Shown here piece by piece: positions 61,853-64,000 of a stretch of 64,000 nucleotides of DNA (its first letter is position 1; every line of letters starts with the position of its first letter). The stretch is from Alphaproteobacteria bacterium (GTDB lineage: Bacteria > Pseudomonadota > Alphaproteobacteria > GCA-2746255): NCBI GenBank assembly GCA_965249135.1, contig OZ252220.1:64001-128000 (forward strand). The letters are read 5' to 3'. The position numbers and the translations under genes are program-made. The notes beneath the pieces were generated by a model. It was not told where the DNA came from and made no database searches. It worked only from the letters and a program-made list of their open reading frames with translations.

Positions 61853-61871
61853 TTGCGGAGGATTGTGAGCC

Positions 61872-64000
61872 ATGGCTAAAAAATATGACGAAGGGATGAC
61901 GCGGGGCATCGAGTGGTTGTGCACCTTTACCATCCGCAATCGTCTCGCCTTTCTTATCGTTTTGGGAATCGCGACCATCGCCTTGGGCGCGTTAGTGGCA
62001 TCGAAGACGCGGATCGAGAGCTATTTCCCCGATCTCCTGCCCCAGGATCATCCCTACGTCAAAATCAACGAACAATATAAAGAGACCTTCGGTGGCTCGA
62101 ACATGATCACCATCATGATGGAGGTCAATGAAGGGGATGTCTTCACGACACCATTCCTGCAGAAAATCAAGAATCTTCAGTTCAACCTGCGTCTGGTGCC
62201 TGGCGTCAACCAATTCCAGGTGGTCTCCATCGCCGGACGGAAACTGAAAAGGGTGAGGGCCTCGACGGCAGGCGTCGAAACCCGTCCGTTTATGGATAAG
62301 GAGACCTATCGAGCGGGCGAAGGCGTTCCACAAAGCCAAAAGGAGCTCGACCACCTTCGCGATGCGATCCTGACTTCGAAAGTGGTTTATGGGACCTATA
62401 TCGCGAGGGATCTTCGTTCGGCCCTGGTGACGGTCGACTTCATCGATCGTCTGTTGGAATACACGCCGGCCTTCAACACGATTAACGAGGTCCTGGATAA
62501 AGAGCGGGATGACACGGTCAATATCCGGGTGGTGGGCGAGCCCATGCTCTATGGCTGGGTCAATTACTACTTCCCGGAGACGATGACGATCTTCCTGCTC
62601 ACTTGGGCCGCGTTGATGGCGTTCCTGTTCATCGTCATGCGGACCTGGCGGGGCACGTTCCTGCCCCTGCTGTCCGGTCTCGTGGCCGGCACGTGGGCGC
62701 TGGGCTTTGTCGCCTTGCTGGACTTTAACTTCGACCCGCTCGTCGTCGTCGTGGCGTTCCTGCTGACGGCGTTGGCGATTTCCCACTCCGTGCAGTTGAC
62801 GGTCCGATTCGACGACAATGTCAACCGCGGCTACACGGACATGAAACAGGCCGCCTGGCAGGCGATGACGATGCTGACCCGGCCACTCATGCTGGGTATC
62901 GTCGCGGATGCAGGTGCCATGTTGGTCGTGGCATTGACCCCGATCCCACTGCTTCAAAAGGTGGCGATCACCGGGTCGCTCTGGGTGATGACGATCATTG
63001 TCAGTGCGTACTTCCTGACACCGCTCTTGCTGAGCTACGTGCAGAAACCGAAAAGCGTACTGCATCCGATCGACGTCCAGCCCGCCATCCACAAGTTCCT
63101 GGATCTGGCGGTGAACACGACGACCGCTCCGGCTACCCGGAAATGGGTGTTGATTAGTGCGTTGGCGATCTTCGTCGTGGCGGGGGGGATTTCCTTCCGG
63201 CTCACGGTGGGGGATGCGAACCCAGGTTCGCCGATCCTTTGGCAGGATTCGAACTACAACCTCGATGCAGGCGTCATCAATACGACGTATCGCGGAGCCG
63301 ACCGCATGTTCATCGTCGTGAAGGGGCCGAAGAATACGCTGAAGTCCCCGGCCATCCTTCGGAACATGGCGAATCTCCAGCGTTTCATGGAGGCGCAGCC
63401 CGAGGTGGGTGGCTCCGTTTCGATGGCCGACATTCTGCCGGCGATCCAGCGGGTCTTCTATGAGGGCAACCCACGCTTCTACGAAATTGGCGATGACCTC
63501 CTGGTGAACGGGGAACTGGTCTACCTTTACATCTCCGGTACCGACCCAGGCGACGTCGATAAGTTTGCCAATTTCGTCTTTAGCGAGGGTTCGGTTCGTT
63601 TCATGTTCCGCGACCACAAGGGCACTACGATCCGCACCGGACTCGCGCGCCTCAAGGACTACATCGCAGAGAATCCACTCGAACTCGAGGATGATTTTGG
63701 GCTGGCGCACGAGATTTCCGACTATGGCGGAGGCATCAGCAAGGCCGTCCTTGGCGGAGCCGCGAAGAAGCTTGAGCACGAAGCCGGAACTGGCCTCGGC
63801 CGAGCAGAGGCCCAGGCGGTGCCGGAATACTACATGGCCGGCGGCTTGATCGGTGTATTGGGTGCGGTGAACGAGATCATCCTTGCCAAGCAGATCGAGG
63901 CGATTGCGTTGGCGCTCCTTTGGGTCGGCCTCTGCGCGGCCGTCGTTTATCGGAACGCCTCGGCGGCGCTGTTCTTCATGGTACCGGTGGCTCTGTCGAA
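61872..64000 (+). CDS. MMPL/RND family transporter, partial (runs off the window)
   Basis: Translated by hand from ATG 61872: MAKKYDEG...FPDLLPQDHPYVKINEQYKETFGGSN, then DPLVVVVAFLLTALAISHSVQ; missing from the ORF track because no stop occurs in the window. Confidence 0.88.
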   Translation, partial: MAKKYDEGMTRGIEWLCTFTIRNRLAFLIVLGIATIALGALVASKTRIESYFPDLLPQDHPYVKINEQYKETFGGSNMITIMMEVNEGDVFTTPFLQKIKNLQFNLRLVPGVNQFQVVSIAGRKLKRVRASTAGVETRPFMDKETYRAGEGVPQSQKELDHLRDAILTSKVVYGTYIARDLRSALVTVDFIDRLLEYTPAFNTINEVLDKERDDTVNIRVVGEPMLYGWVNYYFPETMTIFLLTWAALMAFLFIVMRTWRGTFLPLLSGLVAGTWALGFVALLDFNFDPLVVVVAFLLTALAISHSVQLTVRFDDNVNRGYTDMKQAAWQAMTMLTRPLMLGIVADAGAMLVVALTPIPLLQKVAITGSLWVMTIIVSAYFLTPLLLSYVQKPKSVLHPIDVQPAIHKFLDLAVNTTTAPATRKWVLISALAIFVVAGGISFRLTVGDANPGSPILWQDSNYNLDAGVINTTYRGADRMFIVVKGPKNTLKSPAILRNMANLQRFMEAQPEVGGSVSMADILPAIQRVFYEGNPRFYEIGDDLLVNGELVYLYISGTDPGDVDKFANFVFSEGSVRFMFRDHKGTTIRTGLARLKDYIAENPLELEDDFGLAHEISDYGGGISKAVLGGAAKKLEHEAGTGLGRAEAQAVPEYYMAGGLIGVLGAVNEIILAKQIEAIALALLWVGLCAAVVYRNASAALFFMVPVALS

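Noticed and set aside
61992-63779. 595-aa minus-strand ORF
   Set aside because: Antisense shadow of the plus-strand RND transporter starting at 61872; no recognisable motifs

Overview
GC-rich alphaproteobacterial chromosome segment; the taxon is inferred from gene content (DUF1476/zeta, class II DAHP synthase, glmU-glmS, purL-purQ-purS-purC, bolA-grxD). In order: (1) 1-9.6 kb, hopanoid synthesis and trafficking genes (shc 3' end, hpnG, hpnH, ispH, hpnA, hpnN, hpnM, mlaA/vacJ). (2) 9.9-17.3 kb, a directly adjacent phosphonate biosynthesis cluster (pepM-NTP-transferase fusion, ppd, AEP transaminase, PhnY-like dioxygenase with no PhnZ, cytidylyltransferase, CDP-alcohol transferase, FkbM methyltransferase). 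(3) 17.4-21.8 kb, an integrase-less islet bounded by a 45-bp duplication of the tRNA-Val(CAC) 3' half; it carries a cytidylyltransferase, a PEAMT-like methyltransferase and a CDP-alcohol transferase. (4) 21.9-44.2 kb, housekeeping genes plus one AT-rich orphan. (5) 44.3-46.7 kb, an array of four secreted cupredoxin-like paralogs with a near-perfect 562-bp duplication and a captured bioF fragment. (6) 46.8-53.6 kb, housekeeping genes and tRNA-Leu(TAA). (7) 53.6-64 kb, a TPR-sulfotransferase, a four-gene soluble di-iron monooxygenase closely resembling sMMO/butane monooxygenase (alpha-beta-coupling-reductase, no gamma/mmoD/mmoR/mmoG in the window), then a YCF48-like propeller and an MMPL/RND transporter. 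The strongest candidates for an undescribed system are the gamma-less sMMO-like monooxygenase and the hopanoid-linked, islet-extended phosphonolipid pathway. Family assignments come from motif recognition and remembered reference sequences; no database searches were run.
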